From NCBI GenBank assembly GCA_037137395.1, contig JBAXKK010000058.1, forward strand, positions 1 to 16,840: DNA of 16,840 nucleotides, read 5' to 3'. This document shows positions 6,345 to 14,666 of this stretch, piece by piece (within the stretch, counting starts at the first letter, position 1; each line of letters begins with the position of its first letter). The position numbers were made by a program, and so were the translations under genes. The notes under the pieces are model-generated. The model saw only the letters and a program-made list of their open reading frames with translations, ran no database searches and was not told the DNA's origin. Source of the stretch: Elusimicrobiota bacterium (GTDB taxonomy: Bacteria; Elusimicrobiota; Elusimicrobia; Elusimicrobiales; UBA9959).

Positions 6345-9300
6345 ATGAAGAAAATCTTCCTTGCTTTACTTCTGATCGGGCCCGTGAGCGCGCGGGCTGA
6401 GCTCACTACGGCGCAGCTTAGCGAAGACGAGGCTGCTTTTCAAACTCTCTCCGACCTTTATCGCGCCGCCGCCGACCGGTCCGCCGTAGTTGGCGCCTTT
6501 GATAAATTTATTAAAAAATATCCGAAGAGCGTCCGGGCCGCCGACGCGCAATTTATGCAGGCCGAGGCCTATATGTCCAAGGGCCTTGAACTCCTGCGTC
6601 AGGAAAAGCTTTCAAAGATGGCTTCCGACGCCCGCAGCCTCTCAGGCGACAACCAGGCGGCCATAACCGAACTTAGCAACGCCGCGGCGGCTTACCTCAA
6701 AGTGATAAAAAATTACCGCAAGTCCGGCCTGGAATCCTCGGCTCAGAATCGTATCGGCGAGGCCTATTATAATATGGGCAATTGGGCGCGCGCGATAAAA
6801 GAATTTGAGCGCGTGGAGGACAAGTACCCGGACAGCTACATCGTGCCGGAAAGTCTGCTGGGCATTGTTTATGCCAATATCGCCGCCGGCAAGTTCCCTG
6901 CCGCCCAAGCAACATTGTTCCATCTGGAGGAAAGTTACCTCCCGTACATGAAGGACCCCTCGGTTATTTTTGCCAAGGCCGTTATTGAAATGAGTAACAA
7001 AAACTACCCCGCGGCCCAGAAGATGTTTTACCGGCTGGACACTATCCAGGCGCGGATATTGCTGGGAAAATCATACCTTTACGAGGGCAAGACATATATG
7101 GCGGCGGGCGTGTTTGAGAAACTGCTGAAGGATTTCCCCGATTCCGATTATAAGGAAGAGGCGGAATTTATGACCGCCGATTCTTTTTTCTACGCCAAGG
7201 ATTTTGACGGCGCCATTGTGAAGTATGAGAATTTTCTTAAAAAATATCCCGTTTCCAAGCTTAAGAGCGCGGCCGTCTTCCGCATAGGCGCCTCGCAGTT
7301 CAGCAAGAAGGATTATTCCAGCGCGCGCTCCAATTTTCAGAGCATTATAGACCGCACCCCCCAGGACCTTTTCGCGCCGTACGCCCAGTTCTTCATCGCG
7401 GAATCGTATCTTGAGAACAAGCAGACCAGAGACGCGCTTTTCGCCTACACGAAGGTCACGGTGAATTACGCGGGTTCCTGGGTCGCCCCGGCCTCACAGT
7501 ATAAGCTGGCCTGGTGTCAGTATCTTCTGGAAGACTATCCCCAGGCCGTGCACGCCCTGGACAGCTTCCTCGCCCTGTATCCCGGCCACACGCTGGCCAA
7601 GAACGCCTGGCACCTCGCGGGCAACGCCAACCTGGAACTGAAAAAGCCGCGCGAAGCTCTGCGGGCTTTCCAGAACGCGCTGGATCTGGCGCCTTCAAGC
7701 GAGATAGCCGAACAGTCACTTTTTCTTATGCTGCGCACCGAATACGAGCGTGGAAATTATAATAATATCCTTACCTCTTACCAGTTTGTTTTTAAACACC
7801 TGCCTCCGCTGGGTTCCAAGTGGCGCGCGCTCAGCCTTCTGTATGTCGCCGACGCCTATATGCGGCTTAATCTGACGGACGACGCCCGTAATATCTACAA
7901 TACCGTCACGCGCATTTACCCTAATGATGTTTCGGCCATTTACGCCCAGGAAGGCCTGGTCTGGTGCAGTGCGCTGGCCGGAGCCGGCGATATAGCCATG
8001 AAGACCGCGGAGAAGCTGAAGACCATGAAGGCAGCCTTCCCCGATATCCCGCCGTCAGAAAGCGTGGACACCCTGGCCATAGCCGACAGCTATTTTAACC
8101 AGAAGGATTTTGAGAAAGCCTACCAGCTTTACGATAAATTTGTTACCGAAAATTCCGCCAGCACCTACGCGGCCGGCGCGCTTTACCGGGCTGGGCTGTC
8201 GCTGTACCGCCTGCGCTATTACAGCCAGGCCGTTGAACAGTGGGTGAAGCTCTCAAAGAATTATCCGTCCGCCCCCGAGACGGAGCTGGCCGATTTTCAG
8301 ACCGCCGACACTTATTTCAGGGCGCAGAAATACGCCGAAAGTATTACCGCCTATAACACCATCATCGCGAAGTATCCCAAAAGCTTCCAGCTCCCGCTCG
8401 CCTATCTGCGCGTGGCCCAGGTCTATTACAACCTGAAGCAGGACGCCCAGGCGGTGGCGCAGACCAGGACCGTGATAAATAATTTCCCGTTCTCCACCGA
8501 GGCGTATGACGCGCTGGATCTGGCGGAAGTGATTTTTGATCGCGACACTGGCATGGATTTTAAGGCCTACTTTACGGGCCTTTCCTCCGTTGAGCCTAAA
8601 ACTAAATCTTCCGGAGAGGCCCTGTTCCGCCTGGGCCGCCGGTTATTTGAGACTAAGAACTATCCCGGCGCCGTGGAATACCTTAAAAAATTCTGCGTGC
8701 AATACATCGATCATTCTTCGGTCAAGGACGCGCAATTCTATCTGGGAGAATCCTATTTCCAGACCGGGGATATGGAGGGCGCGGCCGCCGTATTCGAGCG
8801 CTTCGCGACTAATTATACCGACGCTACGGAACACCCGCTGGCGCTATTTCGGCTGGGCAACGCTTATTACAACTCCAAGAAATACGCCCCCGCCGTCAAG
8901 GCGTACGCCAAACTTACCGAACTTTACCCCGATAACGAATACATAAAGCCCGCGCTTTTCAACCTGGCGCTCTGCTACAAGAACACCGGAGCCACCGATC
9001 TGGCCGAGGAGACTTACCACAAGTATTATGAGCTGTCAGCTAAGCCTGAAGAAGCGCTGGGAGCGCTCTGGGAAATCTTTAATATTCAGAAGACAAGGGG
9101 CGATCTGGCCGGGTCAATTAAAACGCTCACCGAGATCTACGGCGAGGCGGAGGGCAAGGAAGACGCGCTTGAGGCCCTTTATCAGATGGGCGAAATAAGT
9201 TTAGAGGGCAAGCAGGCGGACGAGGCGCGCGATTACTGGGAGCGGCTGGCCCTCCAGAAACCTTTAAACAGCTCCTGGCGTCTGCAGGGCCTTGTAAAGC

Positions 9301-9647
9301 TCGGCGAGATCTACGAGGGGGAGAAGAACTACCCCGAAGCGGCCCGCGTCTATGAGGATATTTCAAAAAACGCGGCCACGCAGGAAGTGTCCAGGGCCGC
9401 CGGGGAGCGGGCCAAGGCGCTTCTCCGCATGGCATATCAGGAAAAGGCCGCGCCCGCGCCTAAGCAGGAGCGGGCCGCGCCCGATGCAAATGCGGCAGAA
9501 GCCAGAGACGCAGGCGAAGCCCGGCCCGAAGCGGAGACCCAACCTGCCCCTAAGAAGACGCTGAGAAAAGTGAGAAAGGTTAAAACGCCGGCAAAGGTCC
9601 AGGATCTGCCGGGGATGCAGGAAACAAAGACAGAGGCGGGGAGCTAG
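6345..9647 (+). CDS. Large exported tetratricopeptide-repeat protein (YbgF/BamD-like repeats)
   Basis: Signal peptide MKKIFLALLLIGPVSARA; recurring TPR signatures (A.F..AE.Y, F...YP.S) along almost the whole length; Ala/Pro/Lys/Glu-rich disordered tail; SD GGGAG. Confidence 0.9.
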   Translation: MKKIFLALLLIGPVSARAELTTAQLSEDEAAFQTLSDLYRAAADRSAVVGAFDKFIKKYPKSVRAADAQFMQAEAYMSKGLELLRQEKLSKMASDARSLSGDNQAAITELSNAAAAYLKVIKNYRKSGLESSAQNRIGEAYYNMGNWARAIKEFERVEDKYPDSYIVPESLLGIVYANIAAGKFPAAQATLFHLEESYLPYMKDPSVIFAKAVIEMSNKNYPAAQKMFYRLDTIQARILLGKSYLYEGKTYMAAGVFEKLLKDFPDSDYKEEAEFMTADSFFYAKDFDGAIVKYENFLKKYPVSKLKSAAVFRIGASQFSKKDYSSARSNFQSIIDRTPQDLFAPYAQFFIAESYLENKQTRDALFAYTKVTVNYAGSWVAPASQYKLAWCQYLLEDYPQAVHALDSFLALYPGHTLAKNAWHLAGNANLELKKPREALRAFQNALDLAPSSEIAEQSLFLMLRTEYERGNYNNILTSYQFVFKHLPPLGSKWRALSLLYVADAYMRLNLTDDARNIYNTVTRIYPNDVSAIYAQEGLVWCSALAGAGDIAMKTAEKLKTMKAAFPDIPPSESVDTLAIADSYFNQKDFEKAYQLYDKFVTENSASTYAAGALYRAGLSLYRLRYYSQAVEQWVKLSKNYPSAPETELADFQTADTYFRAQKYAESITAYNTIIAKYPKSFQLPLAYLRVAQVYYNLKQDAQAVAQTRTVINNFPFSTEAYDALDLAEVIFDRDTGMDFKAYFTGLSSVEPKTKSSGEALFRLGRRLFETKNYPGAVEYLKKFCVQYIDHSSVKDAQFYLGESYFQTGDMEGAAAVFERFATNYTDATEHPLALFRLGNAYYNSKKYAPAVKAYAKLTELYPDNEYIKPALFNLALCYKNTGATDLAEETYHKYYELSAKPEEALGALWEIFNIQKTRGDLAGSIKTLTEIYGEAEGKEDALEALYQMGEISLEGKQADEARDYWERLALQKPLNSSWRLQGLVKLGEIYEGEKNYPEAARVYEDISKNAATQEVSRAAGERAKALLRMAYQEKAAPAPKQERAAPDANAAEARDAGEARPEAETQPAPKKTLRKVRKVKTPAKVQDLPGMQETKTEAGS

Positions 9648-9690
9648 AAGCTGCTGTCATTAATTCCTAACTATTACTATTGGAGGTTTT

Positions 9691-10311
9691 GTGGAAAATA
9701 TTAACTATTTAAGTATGTTGCGTGACAGCTTTACGCTGATCATCCTGATATTCTGTTCGCTGCTGTCTTTCACCGTGGCTTTTGAGCGTTGGTGGTATTT
9801 CAGGAAGGCCCGCCACAGGAAAGTGGACGATTTTCTGGCGCATATAAGCGGACTGCTGAAAGAGGATAAGGCGGATAAAGCCGTTGATTACACCGGCAAG
9901 ATAGATTCCCCCGTAGCGAGGCTGTTCAACTACGCCTTGCGCCACCGCGAGATGCCCAGGCGCGACATAGAAGAACTGCTGGCCACGAAGCGCCAGGAGG
10001 AGAAGCTTAACCTTGAAAAGTTTCTTGGCGTGCTGGGTACCATGGGTAATATCGCGCCTTTCATCGGCCTCTTTGGCACGGTGATCGGCATTATAAAGGC
10101 TTTTCGCGACCTCGCGCTCTCCGGCGTCGGCGGTCCCACCGTGGTCGCCAGAGGTATAGCGGAAGCGTTAGTGGCTACCGCGGCCGGCCTGGCAGTGGCT
10201 ATCCCCGCAGTTATCATCTTCAACTATTTTATGCGGCGGGTAAAAGTTATCATGAGCGAACTTGAGATCTTCTCCTCGCGCCTGATGATAATAATGGGAT
10301 CGAAGCACTAG
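9691..10311 (+). CDS. exbB: MotA/TolQ/ExbB proton channel family protein
   Basis: LGTMGNIAPFIGLFGTVIGIIKAF and GIAEALVATAAGLAVAIPA motifs, three hydrophobic segments, SD GGAGG before GTG. Confidence 0.93.
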   Translation: MENINYLSMLRDSFTLIILIFCSLLSFTVAFERWWYFRKARHRKVDDFLAHISGLLKEDKADKAVDYTGKIDSPVARLFNYALRHREMPRRDIEELLATKRQEEKLNLEKFLGVLGTMGNIAPFIGLFGTVIGIIKAFRDLALSGVGGPTVVARGIAEALVATAAGLAVAIPAVIIFNYFMRRVKVIMSELEIFSSRLMIIMGSKH

Positions 10312-10323
10312 GGCGCAGCGCCC

Positions 10324-10374
10324 GCCATAAGCCGTAAATTTAGATACGGCTATTGCCATAGGCTATAGGCAGAA
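10324..10374. repeat. Heptamer family B, orientation 1 (GCCATAA GCCGTAA .. GCCATAG GCTATAG GC)
   Basis: 10350-10370 CTATTGCCATAGGCTATAGGC is complementary over 21 nt (2 G-U pairs) to 10966-10986. Confidence 0.7.
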
Positions 10375-10400
10375 ACTGGTTAGTTCTTAATATCTAATTT

Positions 10401-10805
10401 ATGGGCTTTTCTTCAAGCAATTCCGACGACGCTATAACTGACATCAATGTCACGCCCCTGGTGGATGTGTCTTTGGTGCTGGTTATAATTTTTATGGCCG
10501 TGGCTCCGTTCGCGGTGCAGTCAGGCATCAAGGTTCTGCAATCAAAATCCAGCGCCCAGGTGGGCAAGGTTTCCGCCTCGGAGAGCATCCAGGTTAAGTT
10601 GACCCTGAACGGCGTGATAAAGCTTAACGGTGCCGAGGTATCGATGCTGGATTTTCCGGCGCGCATAGCCCAGGCTATTCTGGCCAGCAAAGATAAATTC
10701 GTGATTATCAAGGCCGACGACGGGAATAAAGTCGGCGAAGTTGTTACGATGATGGACACCGCGAAGCAGTCCGGCGCCCTGAAGATGGCGTTAATGAAGA
10801 ACTAA
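10401..10805 (+). CDS. exbD: ExbD/TolR biopolymer transporter, copy 1
   Basis: DINVTPLVDVSLVLVIIFM transmembrane motif with the conserved Asp; VIIKAD..V..MD.AK.SG periplasmic motif. Confidence 0.92.
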   Translation: MGFSSSNSDDAITDINVTPLVDVSLVLVIIFMAVAPFAVQSGIKVLQSKSSAQVGKVSASESIQVKLTLNGVIKLNGAEVSMLDFPARIAQAILASKDKFVIIKADDGNKVGEVVTMMDTAKQSGALKMALMKN

Positions 10806-10819
10806 GTATGGCTTACGGT

Positions 10820-10896
10820 GTGAATCGTAAAGCGTAAATCGGGAAGCGGGAAGCGTTAATCGGCAATCGTGAATCTGGAATCGTAAAGCGTAAATA
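10820..10896. repeat. Heptamer array family C, 11 units (GTAAAGC/GTGAATC-type)
   Basis: GTGAATC GTAAAGC GTAAATC GGGAAGC GGGAAGC GTTAATC GGCAATC GTGAATC TGGAATC GTAAAGC GTAAATA, strict 7-nt period. Confidence 0.9.
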
Positions 10897-10914
10897 GTAA
10901 GAAGTCTTTATTCT

Positions 10915-10981
10915 GCTTACGGCCTAAAGCCTATAGCTTATGGCGTAGTTCGCTTACGGCCTAAAGCTTATAGCTTATGGC
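10915..10981. repeat. Heptamer family B, orientation 2: 30-bp direct repeat x2
   Basis: GCTTACGGCCTAAAGC(C/T)TATAGCTTATGGC at 10915-10944 and 10952-10981 (29/30 identical, 7-nt spacer), itself built of heptamers GCTTACG GCCTAAA GCYTATA GCTTATG. Confidence 0.9.
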
Positions 10982-11001
10982 AATAGATATCGTTAAATAT
11001 T

Positions 11002-11424
11002 ATGTCCTTTAAAGTTGAGACTAACGACGACAGTCTGGTTACAGGTATAAATGTCACGCCACTGGTGGATGTCTGCCTGGTGCTGGTCATAATATTCATG
11101 GTCACCGCCCCGCTTCTGTCGGAGCCTGTTTTTAAGGTGAATCTGCCGCAGGCTCGTACACAGGAGGGGGAAGAAAAGGAAAAGATAGTCGTATCTCTGG
11201 CTCAGGAAGCCAAGTACGCAGTAAACGAAAAGGCATTCACCGCGAAGGACGATTTTTATAAGGCGCTGGAACGCGCTATCCGGGAAAGCGGCCTTAAGCT
11301 TGTGATTATAAAGGCCGACCAAAACGCCGGTTATGGCCTGCTGACGGATGTTATGCAGCGCGCGAAAGAAGCCGGGGCGGCCAGCATTACTATAGCAACA
11401 GAGCAGACAAAAAAGAAAAAATAA
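11002..11424 (+). CDS. exbD: ExbD/TolR biopolymer transporter, copy 2
   Basis: GINVTPLVDVCLVLVIIFMVTAP, VNLPQA, VIIKADQNAGYG..DVM..AK.AG motifs. Confidence 0.93.
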   Translation: MSFKVETNDDSLVTGINVTPLVDVCLVLVIIFMVTAPLLSEPVFKVNLPQARTQEGEEKEKIVVSLAQEAKYAVNEKAFTAKDDFYKALERAIRESGLKLVIIKADQNAGYGLLTDVMQRAKEAGAASITIATEQTKKKK

Positions 11425-11440
11425 CCGGTGGTTATTTTTT
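11416..11440 (+). terminator. A/T-rich hairpin overlapping the exbD2 stop (terminator or attenuator-like)
   Basis: AAAAAATAACC-ggt-GGTTATTTTTT, perfect 11-bp stem but with very little GC. Confidence 0.35.
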
Positions 11441-11441
11441 C

Positions 11442-11545
11442 AGTGATTAGTGAATAGTGCACAGTGGATAGTGGTTAGTGAATAGTAACAGACTTGCCAC
11501 TTACCACTGATCACTTATCACTGACCACTTATAACTTATCACTTA
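11442..11545. repeat. Heptamer array family D: 7 x AGTGNNT facing 7 x YCACTKA (local hairpin)
   Basis: AGTGATT AGTGAAT AGTGCAC AGTGGAT AGTGGTT AGTGAAT AGTAACA (11442-11490), a 6-nt gap, then CCACTTA CCACTGA TCACTTA TCACTGA CCACTTA TAACTTA TCACTTA (11497-11545). Confidence 0.9.
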
Positions 11546-11564
11546 CTTATTACCCTGTTTAACT

Positions 11565-12656
11565 ATGCATTCTCATTCCGATAAAACGCTTCTTTACTCC
11601 GCGATCGGAGCTGTTTTATTTCATGGCTTGTTCTTTTTTTTCTATATTAATTTTGTTCTGCTTGCTCCTACAACCAGAAATATCGTCATAAGCAATGTTG
11701 ATCTGCTGCTGCAGGAAAAGGTGGTCCGTGTTCCCAAGGCGCCCGGCAATAAAACCCTTGATTTCTTAAAGCTGGCCCTGCCTAAGATACCTAAGATTGA
11801 GATGGTCCCGGTGGCCAAACTGCCGGAGATAAATATAAAGGTGCCGGAGGCTCGCAAAAAGAACTTTGACCTGCCGCAAAAACTTCTGGAACGCTCAGGC
11901 CGGATGCAGGCGCAGGAGCGGCTGGAGATGGACACGGCTAAACGGGCTGCGGCGGCGATGAATGCTGACCTCGGCATCAAGGCTGAACGCGCCACTGCGG
12001 CCCTGGCGCCCAAAATTGAACTTGAGGAAGTAGGCATGAAGAAAGCGCCTACTCTGCCTGAGAATCTCCAGTTTGACGAGAACGCCCGCTCCTTCACGCC
12101 GCAGACCATGCAGGAGCTTAATATCGCGGTGGAGCGGGCGAAGAAATCATCCGCTCTGCCCCAGGGGCTTTCCGAAAGGCAGGGCGAGGTAAGCGCTATT
12201 CGCGAGAGTGCCCGCATTACCCCCGCTATGCCTGAGCGTCTTGCGGAAGCTATAAGCGCGCCCGCTGAGAGCCTGACGCAGGGCCTCAGGGCCAAACCGG
12301 TAATATTAGCCGCGAGCCTGGGCGGGCCTAAAAACGCCTCCATGAAGCAGGCTGAAGAAACGAATAAAGTGGAGATAGAAGGGCCGATTTCAAAGCGGAA
12401 AGTGCTTAAATATTACGTGCCGCCTTTCCCGTCCTGGGCGCGCGAGCGCGGGTTGCTGGAAGCCTCGGTGTCTATCAAGTTTTTTGTTAACAATTCTGGC
12501 CGGGTTCTAAATAGCGCGTCGGTGGAAAAGACATCCGGCTATAGCGCTTTAGACCGAAGCGCCATTGACGCGATTAAAAAGTGGCAGTTTGAGCCCATTA
12601 GCGGCGCGGAATCCCGGCAGTGGGGAATAATCACGTTTAAATTTGTAATAGATTAA
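11565..12656 (+). CDS. tonB: TonB-family energy transducer (N-terminal anchor, long linker, TonB_C domain)
   Basis: N-terminal TM helix with His (AVLFHGL); C-terminal PPFPSWARERG..V.IKFFVNNSGRV..VEKTSG..LDRSAIDAIKKWQFEP TonB_C pattern; follows exbB-exbD-exbD. Confidence 0.88.
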   Translation: MHSHSDKTLLYSAIGAVLFHGLFFFFYINFVLLAPTTRNIVISNVDLLLQEKVVRVPKAPGNKTLDFLKLALPKIPKIEMVPVAKLPEINIKVPEARKKNFDLPQKLLERSGRMQAQERLEMDTAKRAAAAMNADLGIKAERATAALAPKIELEEVGMKKAPTLPENLQFDENARSFTPQTMQELNIAVERAKKSSALPQGLSERQGEVSAIRESARITPAMPERLAEAISAPAESLTQGLRAKPVILAASLGGPKNASMKQAEETNKVEIEGPISKRKVLKYYVPPFPSWARERGLLEASVSIKFFVNNSGRVLNSASVEKTSGYSALDRSAIDAIKKWQFEPISGAESRQWGIITFKFVID

Positions 12657-12658
12657 GT

Positions 12659-12770
12659 GCTATAGGCTATAAGTTGTAAGTTTTAAGGGAGAACGCTTTC
12701 CGCTTTACGTTTTCCGCTTTACGATTCCAGATTTACGCTTTACGATTCCCGATTCACGCCATAGGCAGAA
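12659..12770. repeat. Composite array: family B units + 9 reverse-complement family C units + family B units
   Basis: GCTATAG GCTATAA GTTGTAA GTTTTAA (12659-12686); GCTTTCC GCTTTAC GTTTTCC GCTTTAC GATTCCA GATTTAC GCTTTAC GATTCCC GATTCAC (12695-12757); GCCATAGGCAGAA (12758-12770). Confidence 0.9.
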
Positions 12771-12802
12771 AAAGTTGCAAGACGGAAAAATAGGAGCAAT
12801 TT

Positions 12803-13777
12803 ATGAAACTAAATATTCGCGGTAAAGCTTTACCCTCAGTTTTATTTTTGCCGGTCCTGCTTACGGCCTACGGCTTATGGCCAGCGGCCTTGGGCGCTCA
12901 GCCCCTGGCTGAGGGGGCGACTTCATACAACGAAGTTCCTCAGGAAATCGTGATCAAGTCGGAAAGCGAGGACAAGATCCGGACCACCAAGCCGCCGCTG
13001 AAAATTCAGACGGATGATTTAGATAGCATCAGAGAATCGCTCCAGCCGGACAAGGACCTTTTTCTGTACGGAGAGTTCGCGAGCATTTCTCAGGATTATC
13101 CGGAAAATTTGTTTTCGGCCAGGATTATCCAGCCCTGGCGCGCCGGGTTCAGCGATAAAACCGTTATAGCTTTTTATCCGCTGCGCAAATTTTCAGAGGC
13201 TTTTAATAGGAATTCATTTGACAGCAATTCCAAAGATATCCAGTGGACGCTTTCAGTTACCGACGAGGAAGGCAAGATCTTCCACAAATACGCCGGTTTA
13301 GGCCTGCCGCCGGAATCTATATTCTGGACCGGTGAGAACGATCAGCGGGAGTGGCTTAAAGCCGGACATAATTACGCCCCGGTTTATGTCTTCGTTGACG
13401 AGATGGGCGCGCTTAAGACGATTGTCGGAGATATTATCAAGTTTACCGCTATCGTATTCCAGAAGGACAGCAATCTTAATATAGGTCTGGATTCGGTGGC
13501 CGTATTCGGGCCAACTAAGTCCATGAAAACCGTTGATAAGGTTCTGGGCGAAGCTCTGCTTACCGCCACATGCGACCTTATTAAGCGGCGCTATTATAAT
13601 GTTCCGGTCAAGGTAAATGTTTACGCCCAGACCAAGGACCTGGCCGAGCAGCAGGCCGACCAGGTAAGTAATTTTCTTAGAAAAGAGCTTATGAGCGGAT
13701 CAAATCTCGTCAGCTATGAAGGTTTTGACGAAAGTTTCTCCCAGCAGCGTATAGATGTGGTTTTGATGAATAAGTAG
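12803..13777 (+). CDS. Exported hypothetical protein; FlgD-Ig-like segment plus degenerate OmpA-C-like C-terminal domain
   Basis: SD AGGAG; signal peptide ending [38 protein letters not shown] resembles the W.l.i.d..G...W.G.d..g Ig-like motif; the C-terminus ([31 protein letters not shown]) parallels OmpA-C topology. Domain calls are by eye. Confidence 0.7.
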   Translation: MKLNIRGKALPSVLFLPVLLTAYGLWPAALGAQPLAEGATSYNEVPQEIVIKSESEDKIRTTKPPLKIQTDDLDSIRESLQPDKDLFLYGEFASISQDYPENLFSARIIQPWRAGFSDKTVIAFYPLRKFSEAFNRNSFDSNSKDIQWTLSVTDEEGKIFHKYAGLGLPPESIFWTGENDQREWLKAGHNYAPVYVFVDEMGALKTIVGDIIKFTAIVFQKDSNLNIGLDSVAVFGPTKSMKTVDKVLGEALLTATCDLIKRRYYNVPVKVNVYAQTKDLAEQQADQVSNFLRKELMSGSNLVSYEGFDESFSQQRIDVVLMNK

Positions 13778-13790
13778 TGCGGAAAAAAAT

Positions 13791-14666
13791 ATGAAAGGAA
13801 TAATATTGGCCGGCGGCTCGGGCACCCGGCTGTATCCTATTACCAACGCGGTCTGCAAACAATTGCTGCCGGTGTATGACAAGCCCATGATCTATTATCC
13901 CCTGTCCGCGCTGATGCTGGCCGGGATACGCGAGATACTTATTATTTCCACGCCTAAGGATCTGCCCCGGTTCAGGGAAATTTTCGGCGACGGCGCGGCC
14001 TGGGGGCTCAAGTTTGAATATAAAGAACAGGCCCGCCCCGCCGGTATAGCCGAAGCTTTCGTAATCGGCAGGGAATTCATCGGCGACGAGGATGTCTGCC
14101 TGATCCTGGGCGATAATATCTTCTACGGCCAAGGCCTGACCGATGCTTTAAGAAAAGCTGCCGCCGAGGTAGCCGAGCGCAGAAACGCCGTCGTGTTCGG
14201 CTATTATGTTACCGACCCCCAGAGGTACGGCGTGGTGGACTTTGACGCGCGCGGCAACGCCGTCTCAATTGAGGAAAAACCTGGAACCCCAAAATCCAAT
14301 TATGCCGTCACCGGCATCTATTTTTATCCTAACGATGTGGTTGAAATAGCCGGCGGCATGAAGCCCTCGCTGCGCGGCGAACTTGAGATAACCGACGTCA
14401 ACAGGGAATACCTTAAAAGGGGCGCCCTGAAAGTTGAGCTTCTCGGGCGCGGCTACGCCTGGCTTGATACCGGCACCTTCGAAAGCCTGCTGGAGGCGAG
14501 CGGGTTTATCGCCACCGTCGAGCGCCGGCAGGGCCTGAAGATTGCCTGCATAGAAGAAATTTCCTATTTGCTCGGCTATATCACCAAGGATGCCGTGCTG
14601 CTTATGGCCGAGTCCATGAGCAAGAATACCTATGGAGAGTATCTGAGGAAAGTAGCCCAGGAGTAG
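13791..14666 (+). CDS. rfbA: Glucose-1-phosphate thymidylyltransferase
   Basis: [81 protein letters not shown]. Confidence 0.98.
   Translation: MKGIILAGGSGTRLYPITNAVCKQLLPVYDKPMIYYPLSALMLAGIREILIISTPKDLPRFREIFGDGAAWGLKFEYKEQARPAGIAEAFVIGREFIGDEDVCLILGDNIFYGQGLTDALRKAAAEVAERRNAVVFGYYVTDPQRYGVVDFDARGNAVSIEEKPGTPKSNYAVTGIYFYPNDVVEIAGGMKPSLRGELEITDVNREYLKRGALKVELLGRGYAWLDTGTFESLLEASGFIATVERRQGLKIACIEEISYLLGYITKDAVLLMAESMSKNTYGEYLRKVAQE

Noticed and set aside
9648..9690. CTAACTATTACTATT in the TPR-exbB spacer as another array
   Set aside because: About two degenerate units and only an 8-nt complement elsewhere (AATAGTAA); indistinguishable from chance in AT-rich spacers.
10915..10981. 30-bp direct repeat pair as a mini-CRISPR
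   Set aside because: Only two copies with a 7-nt spacer, the repeat is itself made of heptamers, and no cas genes are present.
11642..12343. 233-aa minus-strand ORF and the other short antisense or alternate-frame ORFs inside genes
   Set aside because: Fully overlap well-supported + strand genes and translate to Ser/Arg/Ala-rich sequence without motifs.
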